From NCBI GenBank assembly GCA_038897215.1, contig JAWAWX010000001.1, positions 704,001 to 768,000 on the forward strand: 64,000 nucleotides of DNA, read 5' to 3'. Position 1 is the stretch's first letter. Every line of letters starts with the position of its first letter. The DNA comes from Acidilobaceae archaeon. GTDB taxonomy: Archaea > Thermoproteota > Thermoprotei_A > Sulfolobales > Acidilobaceae. This document shows positions 45,397 through 54,667 of the stretch, in pieces. The notes beneath the pieces were generated by a model that searched no databases, had not been told where the DNA came from, and saw only the letters and a program-made list of their open reading frames with translations. The position numbers and the translations under genes are program-made.

Positions 45397-48300
45397 ATGG
45401 TGTCTAGCGTGAACTCGAAGAGAGTTCTAGGCTTGGTCTTGGCGGCGTTAGTAGTAGCGCCTCTGATCCTCGCGATGGTCCCGGCTCAGGCTCAGATCCC
45501 TCCAGCTCTGGTACTCTACACGGCTGTAGCTAGCCCCGGCACGGAGCTATTCTTCATGCTTGACAGAACACTAATACCAATACCGGGGCATCCTGTGGCT
45601 GATGCTCATGAGCTATTCTTTTATCTGAGCGGGAATGTCTACGCGGAGATCACTATAGGAGACAGGTTGCTCGGTAGTGCCGTGGTGTACAATTATACAG
45701 TCATATTCGGCAGCATCAAGATACCGGCTGATGTACCTGAGGGAATCTACTGGCTGAAGGTGGCTGCGGCCCCTCAGGCGGGAGCACCAGCGATAGTCTC
45801 AGAGAGCCCAATATACATTGCGGAAGACCCGTCGATGTACGCTACGCTAGCTAGAGAAGACTTGTCGAGGATACCTGTGAGTGAGCCCATCAAGACAACG
45901 AACATTTTCGACTTAACGCTTAATCTCACAGCTGTCTACGTGCTCGTACCGGGCTACGACCTCACAGGAAAGAGTCTAGCCGTGCAGCTCCTAGTAGGCG
46001 GGAACGTGAGGAGGAGCGCTGAGGGGACCATACCGGCTAACGGGACCGCTAGCGCCACATCAGACTTCCTAAGCGGAGCTGTGATATCTAGACCAGCAAT
46101 CTACGTAGTAACCCTCACGGGCGAGATCGCGGACTTCGGCCAGCTACTGGGAGACTTGAAGGTCTGCGCTACACCGCTAGGAGTCAACGTTGTCTGCGCT
46201 AGATACGGGGTCTCGGTGAGCGTCAATATCACGGAGACTTTCACGGGTTACTATGTGAATGTAACTAGCATTTCCAGCATGGGCAAGCCCGTAGTCAACG
46301 AGACGATATCCGTGCCCGAGGTCATTCTCGTTCTGCACCAGGAGGCTAGAGTATACCCTGTTTCCAACGTGAGATCACTCCATCCGGGCGTAGTGGGTCC
46401 AGCTACTGACATGAATGCCGGCGACGTAGTAGAGCTAGAAGTCTTCAACTTCGTGTGCGGAGCTAGGACTTTGATTGTCGAGTTCTTCTCAGTCAAGGGG
46501 GACAAGCTCGTCTCACTTGCCCGCGTCAGCGTGAACACCACAGTGGCTAACGGCTACAGCAGATTCAACGTGACTCTGCCACCGATACTCTATGGAGGCG
46601 AGATGATAATACCGCTGGTCATGGATAGCGTGTGGCCCGGTTACGCGCTCTTCGACATCACGCAGAGTTTCAAGGTGGGACCCTACTTCATTGCTAGAGC
46701 CTTCGATAACGAGGGCAAGCCTGTGATAGAGCCGCCCACGTTCGTGCCCGGCGAGTACATATACATCAGAGGCTATGGCTTCATCATGGAGGAGCTGACC
46801 TTCACTCTCATAGTAGACACGACCAGCATACCCTTGAACATAGTGGCCGGGCCTCTCTGGGATGCCAAGACTGGAGACTTCGCCGTAATAGTCCAGATAC
46901 CAGGTGATGCCATACTAGCACCCGGGGCGTCTGTCACTCTCAGAGTAGCCGGGACGGGAGGCAACTTCTACCAGATAAGCGGGACAGTGACCTACGGAAC
47001 CGTGAGAGTCTATGTCAATCCCAAGGTAGGGTTAGCAGGCATCGACCAGCCAGTCTTCAAGCTACCTCCCTTATTAACTAGGTATCCATACGGCGCCACA
47101 TGGCTGCCTGAGGCTATGCGTACGATTGAGACCATCGAGGTGATAGGCTTCACTCCAGGGACCAGTGTCACTATAAGCCTCGATGGGTATATTATGATAC
47201 CTGCCAAACCTCTACCCACAGGCTACCTGAAGCTAGAGAATGTGAGGATGCCTGTCGAGATACCTCGTGGCAACTACTATGTGGCAGTCGGTGGTGTAAA
47301 TGCAGCCACGAAAGTCCTGGTCGACTCCACTCTCGCCGTATTCGGGCCGCAGGATAGACTGCTGGGTCACATGTACGCTCCAGACAAGATGAGCGAAACA
47401 ATCCACCTACCGCTAGCACTAGACCTGACCATGATAGGTTTTGGCTTTAGTCCAAACAGTATTATCAATATAAAAGTTGTGCGTGTAGGCTTAACTGTGC
47501 CCATATTTGACGGCTCTGTGGAGACTAACGTGCAGGGCTCCTTCAGTTACACGCTACCACTCTCTGTTGTAGCGACACTACCCGGGCAGTATAGGGTCTT
47601 CGTGACTGACCAGACTAGCGGTTTAACTTTCGTGATAAACGTTTACGTGGCAGCGCTACCAGTCTTCACGATCAAGGTAGCAATCGGCCCGGCTCAGTTC
47701 GCCGACCTCCCCGTCAACGTCTGGGTTCTAGCGCTACTCGATAGCGAGCCTCTCGAGCCAGGAAGGGTTGTAGCTCACAACATTGAGGGCATAGTGGTCT
47801 ACTACGACACTAAGGGATATCCGATACTGCACACTCTCACCTTCACATACACAGGCATACCCGGGCTCTTCCACGCAGTCTTCGTCCCAGGGAGCGAGCT
47901 CAAGGGCACGAACGCTGCTGTAATCGTGAGAGCCGAGGTCAGAGTACACGAGCTAGCTCCAGTTCAGACGGCAATCGACATAGCTAGCTTCGTCGTCCCA
48001 CCATACTCGCTCGCCGAGATAAAGGCTATCGTAGAAGACACTCTAGCAAAGCTAGATACTGTAGCCAAGAAGCTCGACGAAATCTCCATGGAGATAGCGG
48101 AAGCGAGGGCTGCTCTAAGCGGGAAGCTAGACGAGGTCCTGGCTAAGATCGACCAGTCTAAGGGCGACATTCTCGCCGCCATAGAGGTCATAGCCATCAA
48201 CCTAGGAGACCTCTCCGTGGCGCTCGCTCAGGTCAACGCTAGCCTGGCGGCGGAGATAGCTAAGGTCGCTGGCAGAGTCGAGTACTATGGCGAGCTGCTC

Positions 48301-49005
48301 GCTAAGGGCCAGATGGACATCAAGACCGCTATAGACGCTGTGAGCGCTGACCTCAAGAGCCTGGCTCAGGCTCTCGCCGACTTCGACAAGAGGACGTCTG
48401 ACAGGCTCTTAGCCATAGCCAGCAGGCTCGACGAAATCTCCAAGCAGATCGCAGACGCCACGAGTGCCATAAGGTCCGATATATCCGCCGTAAGGTCCGA
48501 CGTGGCTGCCGTCTCGAGCAAGATAGACGCTCTGAGCGCTCAGCTCACGAGCGTCGCTAACACTCTAAGGTCCGATATAGCTGCCGTCTCGAGCAAGATA
48601 GACAGCCTGACTGCCATAGCCTCCGGCATACAGTCCGACGTGACAGCGATTAGGAGCGATGTGGGAGCCATCAGGACCACTGTGACAGCGATCGATACCC
48701 GCACTGGCGAGATAAGAACCATCGTGGCCACGATAAACACCAAGGTCGACGACATATCTAGAGTCGTGACGGCTATAAACACTGCTGTAGCGGGCCTAGC
48801 CACGAAGACCGATGTAGCCACAGCTAGAGACGCTGTAACCGGCGCTGTCGACAAAGCTAGGAGCGAGATAATGAGCAAGCTCGCCGACATAGAGACCGTA
48901 GCCGAGACAGCTGCTGGTGTCAGGACGCTAGCGATAATCAACATAATATTAACGCTAATAGTCCTAGGTCTAGCAGCCTACATAGCCTTCGCTAGAAAAG
49001 GCTAA
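45397..49005 (+). CDS. S-layer-like surface glycoprotein with long coiled-coil stalk and C-terminal TM anchor (tetrabrachion/SlaB-like architecture)
   Basis: Sec signal (AQA), Ig-like beta-rich body with many N-x-S/T sequons, about 300 aa of heptads, TM helix plus RKG. Confidence 0.75.
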   Translation: MVSSVNSKRVLGLVLAALVVAPLILAMVPAQAQIPPALVLYTAVASPGTELFFMLDRTLIPIPGHPVADAHELFFYLSGNVYAEITIGDRLLGSAVVYNYTVIFGSIKIPADVPEGIYWLKVAAAPQAGAPAIVSESPIYIAEDPSMYATLAREDLSRIPVSEPIKTTNIFDLTLNLTAVYVLVPGYDLTGKSLAVQLLVGGNVRRSAEGTIPANGTASATSDFLSGAVISRPAIYVVTLTGEIADFGQLLGDLKVCATPLGVNVVCARYGVSVSVNITETFTGYYVNVTSISSMGKPVVNETISVPEVILVLHQEARVYPVSNVRSLHPGVVGPATDMNAGDVVELEVFNFVCGARTLIVEFFSVKGDKLVSLARVSVNTTVANGYSRFNVTLPPILYGGEMIIPLVMDSVWPGYALFDITQSFKVGPYFIARAFDNEGKPVIEPPTFVPGEYIYIRGYGFIMEELTFTLIVDTTSIPLNIVAGPLWDAKTGDFAVIVQIPGDAILAPGASVTLRVAGTGGNFYQISGTVTYGTVRVYVNPKVGLAGIDQPVFKLPPLLTRYPYGATWLPEAMRTIETIEVIGFTPGTSVTISLDGYIMIPAKPLPTGYLKLENVRMPVEIPRGNYYVAVGGVNAATKVLVDSTLAVFGPQDRLLGHMYAPDKMSETIHLPLALDLTMIGFGFSPNSIINIKVVRVGLTVPIFDGSVETNVQGSFSYTLPLSVVATLPGQYRVFVTDQTSGLTFVINVYVAALPVFTIKVAIGPAQFADLPVNVWVLALLDSEPLEPGRVVAHNIEGIVVYYDTKGYPILHTLTFTYTGIPGLFHAVFVPGSELKGTNAAVIVRAEVRVHELAPVQTAIDIASFVVPPYSLAEIKAIVEDTLAKLDTVAKKLDEISMEIAEARAALSGKLDEVLAKIDQSKGDILAAIEVIAINLGDLSVALAQVNASLAAEIAKVAGRVEYYGELLAKGQMDIKTAIDAVSADLKSLAQALADFDKRTSDRLLAIASRLDEISKQIADATSAIRSDISAVRSDVAAVSSKIDALSAQLTSVANTLRSDIAAVSSKIDSLTAIASGIQSDVTAIRSDVGAIRTTVTAIDTRTGEIRTIVATINTKVDDISRVVTAINTAVAGLATKTDVATARDAVTGAVDKARSEIMSKLADIETVAETAAGVRTLAIINIILTLIVLGLAAYIAFARKG
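48470..48603 (+). repeat. Internal direct repeats in the stalk-coding DNA
   Basis: 24-nt GCTGCCGTCTCGAGCAAGATAGAC at 48505 and 48580; TAAGGTCCGA at 48470, 48491 and 48566. Confidence 0.85.
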
Positions 49006-49050
49006 TTCCTCCCGAATTACTCCCCCCTCCTCTCTCTTTTTTATTCCTCT
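49006..49050 (+). terminator. Pyrimidine/T-tract terminator
   Basis: tcccccctcctctctcttttttattcc after the S-layer gene stop. Confidence 0.6.
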
Positions 49051-49080
49051 CTGAACAGAGTTCTCCAGCGGGCTCCGGGC

Positions 49081-49857
49081 TTGGTCGTGAGCGTGGAGAT
49101 AAGCGGTGTTCTAGAGCGAAGACTCAGAAAGCTCGTAGAGCTCGGCCTCTACGGAAGCGTGTCTGAGGTTGTGAGAGACGCCTTGAGGAGATACTTCGAG
49201 AGCCTCGACTTGAAGAGAGTAGCGTTAGACCTCTACCTCTCGAGAGAGGTCAGCTTAGGCTATGCGGCCGACGTCGCTGGAGTATCGTACGACGAGTTTC
49301 TAGACAATCTAGTCTACAGAGGAGTCCAGCCCCTCCTCGGAGTCCTGGACTCTGGCGAGGTCGCGGCTGTGGGGGGAGAGCTCCTCCTAGACCCCTCGAG
49401 CGTCTACGTTATCTACAAGTCTAGGCTCGTGGATCTGATCGCGTCAGCTGGAGGCCACGATGTCAAGATGCTGGCTCCGAGACAGCTAGCTCCCAGGATT
49501 CAGGCGCTCAACGCTCTCCGGGTAAGAGTAGGGCTCCCCGCGGTCCTAGTATCCGGCTACGTCGACCTGGAGGTGGACGAGAGCGAGGACTTCGGAGCAG
49601 TCACCCCACTCGAGAAAGCATGTATAGACTACGCGGCTAGAGAGAGGCTGCCTCTGATAAGCGATGATCTGAGAGTGAGAGCTGAAGCTCGCCGCAGAGG
49701 GGCTCGCGCTCACTCCTCTCTCTCCATACTAGAGACGCTGATCGAGAAGGGCTCGCTCTCGGACGCCAGAATCCTGAGGGAGACGATACTGTCGCTCAAA
49801 GCGGTGCCGGTCCTGGTCCCGGCTGAGCTGGAGGAGAGATGGCTTGCCAGAAAATAG
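49081..49857 (+). CDS. RHH + UPF0175-type HTH + PIN-like fusion protein
   Basis: 'LVELGLYGSVSEVVRDALR' (RHH), 'LYLSREVSLGYAADVAGVSYDEFL' (UPF0175), 'LLLDPS...LEKACI...LISDD..R..A' (PIN). Confidence 0.75.
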   Translation: MVVSVEISGVLERRLRKLVELGLYGSVSEVVRDALRRYFESLDLKRVALDLYLSREVSLGYAADVAGVSYDEFLDNLVYRGVQPLLGVLDSGEVAAVGGELLLDPSSVYVIYKSRLVDLIASAGGHDVKMLAPRQLAPRIQALNALRVRVGLPAVLVSGYVDLEVDESEDFGAVTPLEKACIDYAARERLPLISDDLRVRAEARRRGARAHSSLSILETLIEKGSLSDARILRETILSLKAVPVLVPAELEERWLARK

Positions 49858-50362
49858 GGGGATAGCCATAGTCCTAGATGTGTCTCTCAGCATGGGGAAG
49901 CCCTACGGGGACCTTGTCCCCAGCAAGCTAGCCGCTGTAGTAGAGGCTGTGGCTTTCTTCGGAAGGAGAGCTCTAGAGAGCGGTGCTTGCGTGTCTCTCG
50001 CGGTATTCCACGAGAACGCTGTCCCCATACTGCCCCCCACTAGGTCTTACAAGGACTTCATAGAAGCCCTCTCGGAGATAACGAGAACCTATGAGGGGTC
50101 ATCTCTAGGAGACGGCATAATATGGGGGGTCAAGCTCCTAAGGCAGCATAGAGGGCAGAAGATGTTAGTAGCCATAACCGACGGCGAGGTGACAGGAGGA
50201 GTCCCCGTAAAGCTAGCTCTAGCCTACGCTAGAGCGTCCAGAGTAGACTCCAGGATCTTGCTCATAGGAGACGAGGCTATACACGAAGCCCCTCTCGAGA
50301 TAGTTAGGAGAGTGAAGAGCAAGGAAGACCTGGCGAGAGCTCTGGGGGAGCTCCTCACGTGA
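49844..50362 (+). CDS. von Willebrand factor A domain protein with intact MIDAS
   Basis: DVSLS (DxSxS), DLVPSKL, ITDG. Confidence 0.88.
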   Translation: MPENRGIAIVLDVSLSMGKPYGDLVPSKLAAVVEAVAFFGRRALESGACVSLAVFHENAVPILPPTRSYKDFIEALSEITRTYEGSSLGDGIIWGVKLLRQHRGQKMLVAITDGEVTGGVPVKLALAYARASRVDSRILLIGDEAIHEAPLEIVRRVKSKEDLARALGELLT

Positions 50363-50883
50363 GCCTAGCGATCATCTTAGCAGAGAAGACGGCTTCTATA
50401 GAGAAGGAGCTAGCAGCGAGGCTACTCGAGTCTCTCGTCTCTCTAGCCGAGTCTAGTGGTATGAGCGTAGCCGTAGTCTTCTACGGAGAGAGAGTAGCAC
50501 CGATCCTCGACCCTACCAGCGACCCCGACATTGAGACCCTCCTGGAGGTCTACGAGTCTCCACCAGACCTAGGCAAGAGCCCCAGGCTGGAGGAGGCTCT
50601 ATCTGAGGCTCTCGAGCTGGTTTTAGAGTACGCGTCGAGCAGCTGGTCTCCCAGAGTTGTCACTCTCTGGTCAGCGGCCGTTAAGCCTTCGAGGCTCACG
50701 GACAGCCTGCTCCTAGCTCTAGAGAAGGCGGGCTCGCAGACAGCTATAGCAGCTCTCAGACCGAGCCTCCCAGGCTGGATCAAATACCACCAAGTCATAG
50801 CTTCTAGAACGAGAACAGTGAGAGCTAACGCTAACCAAGCCAGGATAGCTGAGGCTCTCCTCTTCGGGAGCACTAAGCCTTAA
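50359..50883 (+). CDS. vWA-like protein with degenerate MIDAS
   Basis: Same beta/alpha order ('VAVVFYGERVAPIL', 'LEEALSEAL') but no DxSxS or TDG. Confidence 0.55.
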   Translation: MSLAIILAEKTASIEKELAARLLESLVSLAESSGMSVAVVFYGERVAPILDPTSDPDIETLLEVYESPPDLGKSPRLEEALSEALELVLEYASSSWSPRVVTLWSAAVKPSRLTDSLLLALEKAGSQTAIAALRPSLPGWIKYHQVIASRTRTVRANANQARIAEALLFGSTKP

Positions 50884-50930
50884 CCTCGTTAAAGCCTCAG
50901 AGGAGCACAGTGTAGAGGAGGTGGCCGGAC

Positions 50931-51788
50931 TCGGCTAGGATAAGGTATGGTCCAGCAGGGCTCCCTATAGACTATAGGGGGGCTCTAGAGGGGGTTCCAG
51001 CTTATCTGCGAAGCCTCGGCTTAGACGCCTTCGAGTACGAGGCGGTACACGGGGTCAAAGTGAGCGAAGAGAGAGCTAGAGCTCTAGGAGCTCAAGCCAG
51101 GTCTCTCGATGTCAGAGTCTCTCTACACGGCCCATATTACATAAATCTAGCTAGCACAGACAAGGAGGTCGTGGCTAGAAGCGTGGAGAGGATAGTCGAG
51201 TCCATGAAGGCTGCTGAATGGATGGGAGCCGAGGCTGTTGTCATACACACAGGCTACTATAAAGGGAATCCGAGCAAGAAGGCGGCTCTAGATAGAGCGA
51301 TAGCGGCCTACAAGACGGCTCTCGAGAGCCTACCGAGCTGGGTCAAAACCCCATTAATCGCTCCAGAGACTATGGGGAAGGATTCTCAGATAGGGACCGT
51401 GGAAGAGATCATAGAGATATGCAGACAAATAGGTAGATGCAAGCCCTGCATAGACTGGGCTCACCTATATGCTAGATACGAGGGTAGATTCGTTACTAGA
51501 CTCGACGATGTACTCAAGGTTATAGAGCTCGTAGAGCGAGAGCTCGGCCAAGAGGCAGTCAATCCTCTCCACACACACTTCTCCAAGATAGAGTACGGGA
51601 GAGGAGGGGAGAGAGAGCACAAGACGCTAGCCGAGAAAGACTACGGTCCAGACTGGAGCCTAGTATGCAGAGCCTACTTAGAGGCGGGGGTAGAGGCGGT
51701 AGTCATAAGCGAGAGCCCTCTCCTAGACAGAGACGCTTTACTCATGAAGAGTCTCTGCGAGGAGGTCGAGAAGTCTAGAGCTAAATAG
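50931..51788 (+). CDS. nfo: Endonuclease IV (AP endonuclease 2 family); expected start codon reads TCG
   Basis: Frame extends to (S)ARIRYGPAG...LDAFEYEAVHGVK; HGPYYINL, HTG, PETMGK, DWAH, H.HFS, E.EH, ESP. Confidence 0.88.
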   Translation, partial: SARIRYGPAGLPIDYRGALEGVPAYLRSLGLDAFEYEAVHGVKVSEERARALGAQARSLDVRVSLHGPYYINLASTDKEVVARSVERIVESMKAAEWMGAEAVVIHTGYYKGNPSKKAALDRAIAAYKTALESLPSWVKTPLIAPETMGKDSQIGTVEEIIEICRQIGRCKPCIDWAHLYARYEGRFVTRLDDVLKVIELVERELGQEAVNPLHTHFSKIEYGRGGEREHKTLAEKDYGPDWSLVCRAYLEAGVEAVVISESPLLDRDALLMKSLCEEVEKSRAK

Positions 51789-51826
51789 GCCTAGCTAACG
51801 CCTAGAGGAGACTCGGTGCTCGAGAA

Positions 51827-52162
51827 GTGGCTAAGCCTACTAGGGTTATCCTGGCTTCAGCAGAGTTCCACCCTCTCCACAAAGACTGGGTGAGGCTAGC
51901 TCAGAGATTGGCGAAAGCTCTAGGAGTAGAGCTAGAGGTCAAGCTAGAAGACTACGTCTTCGTGAACGAGTACGGCGAGAAAGATGACTTCGGGATGGCC
52001 TGGCTTCCTCAGCTCTTCCTAGCTCTAGACGACAACAGGATAGTCCTCTTACTCAGCCAGTATCCCTTCGATAAGACTACGCTGAAGCCCGATGAGAGTC
52101 TAGCAGTTCAAGAGCTCAAGAAGAAGCTAGAAGAGCTAGGCGTAGAGCCCGGAGCTCTCTAG
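51827..52162 (+). CDS. Conserved hypothetical protein, possible Cys-less thioredoxin fold
   Basis: beta-alpha start 'VILASAEFHPLHK' and 'WLPQLF' cis-Pro-like motif. Confidence 0.65.
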   Translation: MAKPTRVILASAEFHPLHKDWVRLAQRLAKALGVELEVKLEDYVFVNEYGEKDDFGMAWLPQLFLALDDNRIVLLLSQYPFDKTTLKPDESLAVQELKKKLEELGVEPGAL

Positions 52163-52258
52163 CTAGCTCTCTCAAGCCTAGAAGACAGCTATCTCCGAGA
52201 CTCAGCAGTGCTCTAGTCTTTAAGGCTCTCAGCTCACTACAAGATACTAGGGCTCTGC

Positions 52259-54655
52259 GTGCCGGTAAGAGTCTCCTTCCAGCTCCTAGATGCGAGCTAC
52301 GAGATTCAGGGTGGAGAGGCTAAGATAATCCTCTGGGCCAGGCTAGCTGACGGCAGGAGAGCTGTTCTAATCTACGAGGGCTTCAAGCCGTACTTCTACG
52401 CTCTACTAGACGAGAGCGCTGACGCGGCCAAGGTAGCGCAAGAGGTCAGAAGACTCTCTAAGCCCTCAAGCCCCATAGTCTCCGTCGAGACTCAAGAGAA
52501 GAGGCTCTACGGGAGACCCTGTAGAGTTCTAAAGATAACCACCACTATCCCCACAGCTGTGAGAGAGTATAGAGAAGAGGTTGCTAAGATAAGGGGGGTC
52601 AAGGAGGTTCTAGAAGCCGACATAAGGTTCGCTATGAGATTCCTAATAGACAAAAACCTTTATCCCATGAGGTGGTACATAGCGGAGGCTCAAGAGCACC
52701 TAAATCCAGGCTACTACGGTGTCGACTCTGTCTACAAGATTACTGGAGAAGTCGTGGAGGACGAGTCGAAGGTCAACGTAGACCCTCTAGAAGGCTTGAG
52801 AATCCTGGCTTTCGACATTGAAGTATTTAATCTAATGAGGACCCCTAATCCGAAGAAAGACCCAGTGATAATGATCGGAATACTACCCCATCCTGGGGAT
52901 GACGAGCCCACTATACTTGAAGCAAGAGGTAGCGATGACTCCGAGCTTATAGCTAGATTTGTGTCAGAGCTTAAGTCCAGAGATCCCGATGTCATTGTCG
53001 GCTATAACCAGAACAGGTTTGACTGGCCTTACCTGATAGAGAGAGCTAGGCTACACGGCATTCAGCTAGATGTAGGGAGGAGGAGAGGGGGGTCTCCTCA
53101 GTCTAGCTCCTTCGGCCACATCTCTATACCCGGCAGGCTCAACGTAGACCTTCTAGATTTCGCTATGGAGATCCATGAGGTGAAAGTGAAGAGCTTAGAC
53201 GAGGTAGCCGACTACTTGGGGGTCATGAGTAAAGAGGAGAGAGTGAATCTAGAGTGGTGGCAGATAGGCGAGTACTGGATGGACTCCTCCAAGAGACAGG
53301 TTCTGAGAAGGTATCTGAGAGACGACGTTGTGTCCACTATGAGGCTAGCTCTAAAACTCCTCCCCTTCGGAGCACAACTAAGCCAGATCAGTGGTCTTCC
53401 TCTAGACCAGGTTATGGCGGCTAGCGTAGGCCACAGGCTGGAGTGGAGGCTGATTAGAGAAGCCTACAAGAGAGGAGAGCTAGTCCCCAACAGGCTCTGG
53501 AGAGGAGAGGAGAGCTATGAGGGAGCCATAGTCTTAGAGCCTAAGCCCGGCATACACGAAAACATAGCCGTCCTAGACTTTGCTAGCATGTATCCAAACA
53601 TAATGGTAAAGTATAACGTAGGCCCCGATACCCTAGTGAGGCTAGGAGAGGGGGCTGGAGAAGTCTACATAGCTCCCGAGACCGGCCATAGGTTCAGAAG
53701 AGAGCCTCCCGGCTTCTTCAAGAGTGTCTTGGAGAGATTCCTGAGGTGGAGAAGGGAGATCAAGAAGATTATGGATAAGATGCCGAGAGACTCTCCCGAG
53801 TACAGGCTTCTCGATGAGAGACAGAAGGCGATCAAGGTCTTAGCTAACGCAAGCTACGGCTACATGGGCTGGGTTTCAGCTAGGTGGTATTGCAGAGAGT
53901 GTGCTGAAGCAGTAACAGCCTGGGGCAGGACTCTGATAAAGTCCGCTATAGCTAAAGCTAGAGAGCTCGGGCTACCGGTAGTCTACGGTGACACAGACAG
54001 CCTCTTCGTGTTATACGATGAGAGCAAGATAGAGAAGCTAGTAGAGTTCGTGGAGGAAGAGCTAGGCTTCGACATAAAGATAGACAAGGTGTACAAGAAG
54101 GTATTCTTCACTGAAGCCAAGAAGAGATACGTGGGTCTCACCTCAGACGGCAAGATAGACGTTGTGGGATTTGAGGCAGTTAGAGGGGACTGGAGCGAGC
54201 TAGCGAAGGAAGCTCAAGCCACAGTAGCCGAGATCGTGCTCAAGACCGAGTCCACGGAGAGAGCCGTAGAGTACGTGAACTCTCTCATAGACTCGCTGAG
54301 AGGCAGGAGAGTAAGTATAGATAAGCTGGTCATATGGAAGACTCTCACCAGGAGAATCGACGAGTACAAGGTAGAGCAGCCACACGTGGTAGCAGCTAAG
54401 ATGATGGTGAAAGCGGGGATCAGGGTAGAGCCGGGTGATAAGATAGGATACGTAATAGTCCGAGGCTCCGGCCCGCTTTCCGCTAGAGCGAAACCGTATT
54501 TCATGGCGTCACTCGATGAGATAGATGTAGACTATTACGTTGAGAAACAGGTGATACCAGCGGTCATGAGGATACTCGGATTCTTCGGAGTCTCGGAGAA
54601 GAGGCTTAAAGGGTCTCCTCAAAAAAGCCTCCTAGACTTCCTCGGCTCTAGCTAA
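52259..54655 (+). CDS. polB3: Family B DNA polymerase (PolB3)
   Basis: FDIE, GYN..FDWPY, DFASMYP, K...N..YGY, YGDTDS, KKRY, PIP QKSLLDF; no intein. Confidence 0.96.
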   Translation: MPVRVSFQLLDASYEIQGGEAKIILWARLADGRRAVLIYEGFKPYFYALLDESADAAKVAQEVRRLSKPSSPIVSVETQEKRLYGRPCRVLKITTTIPTAVREYREEVAKIRGVKEVLEADIRFAMRFLIDKNLYPMRWYIAEAQEHLNPGYYGVDSVYKITGEVVEDESKVNVDPLEGLRILAFDIEVFNLMRTPNPKKDPVIMIGILPHPGDDEPTILEARGSDDSELIARFVSELKSRDPDVIVGYNQNRFDWPYLIERARLHGIQLDVGRRRGGSPQSSSFGHISIPGRLNVDLLDFAMEIHEVKVKSLDEVADYLGVMSKEERVNLEWWQIGEYWMDSSKRQVLRRYLRDDVVSTMRLALKLLPFGAQLSQISGLPLDQVMAASVGHRLEWRLIREAYKRGELVPNRLWRGEESYEGAIVLEPKPGIHENIAVLDFASMYPNIMVKYNVGPDTLVRLGEGAGEVYIAPETGHRFRREPPGFFKSVLERFLRWRREIKKIMDKMPRDSPEYRLLDERQKAIKVLANASYGYMGWVSARWYCRECAEAVTAWGRTLIKSAIAKARELGLPVVYGDTDSLFVLYDESKIEKLVEFVEEELGFDIKIDKVYKKVFFTEAKKRYVGLTSDGKIDVVGFEAVRGDWSELAKEAQATVAEIVLKTESTERAVEYVNSLIDSLRGRRVSIDKLVIWKTLTRRIDEYKVEQPHVVAAKMMVKAGIRVEPGDKIGYVIVRGSGPLSARAKPYFMASLDEIDVDYYVEKQVIPAVMRILGFFGVSEKRLKGSPQKSLLDFLGSS

Positions 54656-54667
54656 CGACACGGAGAC

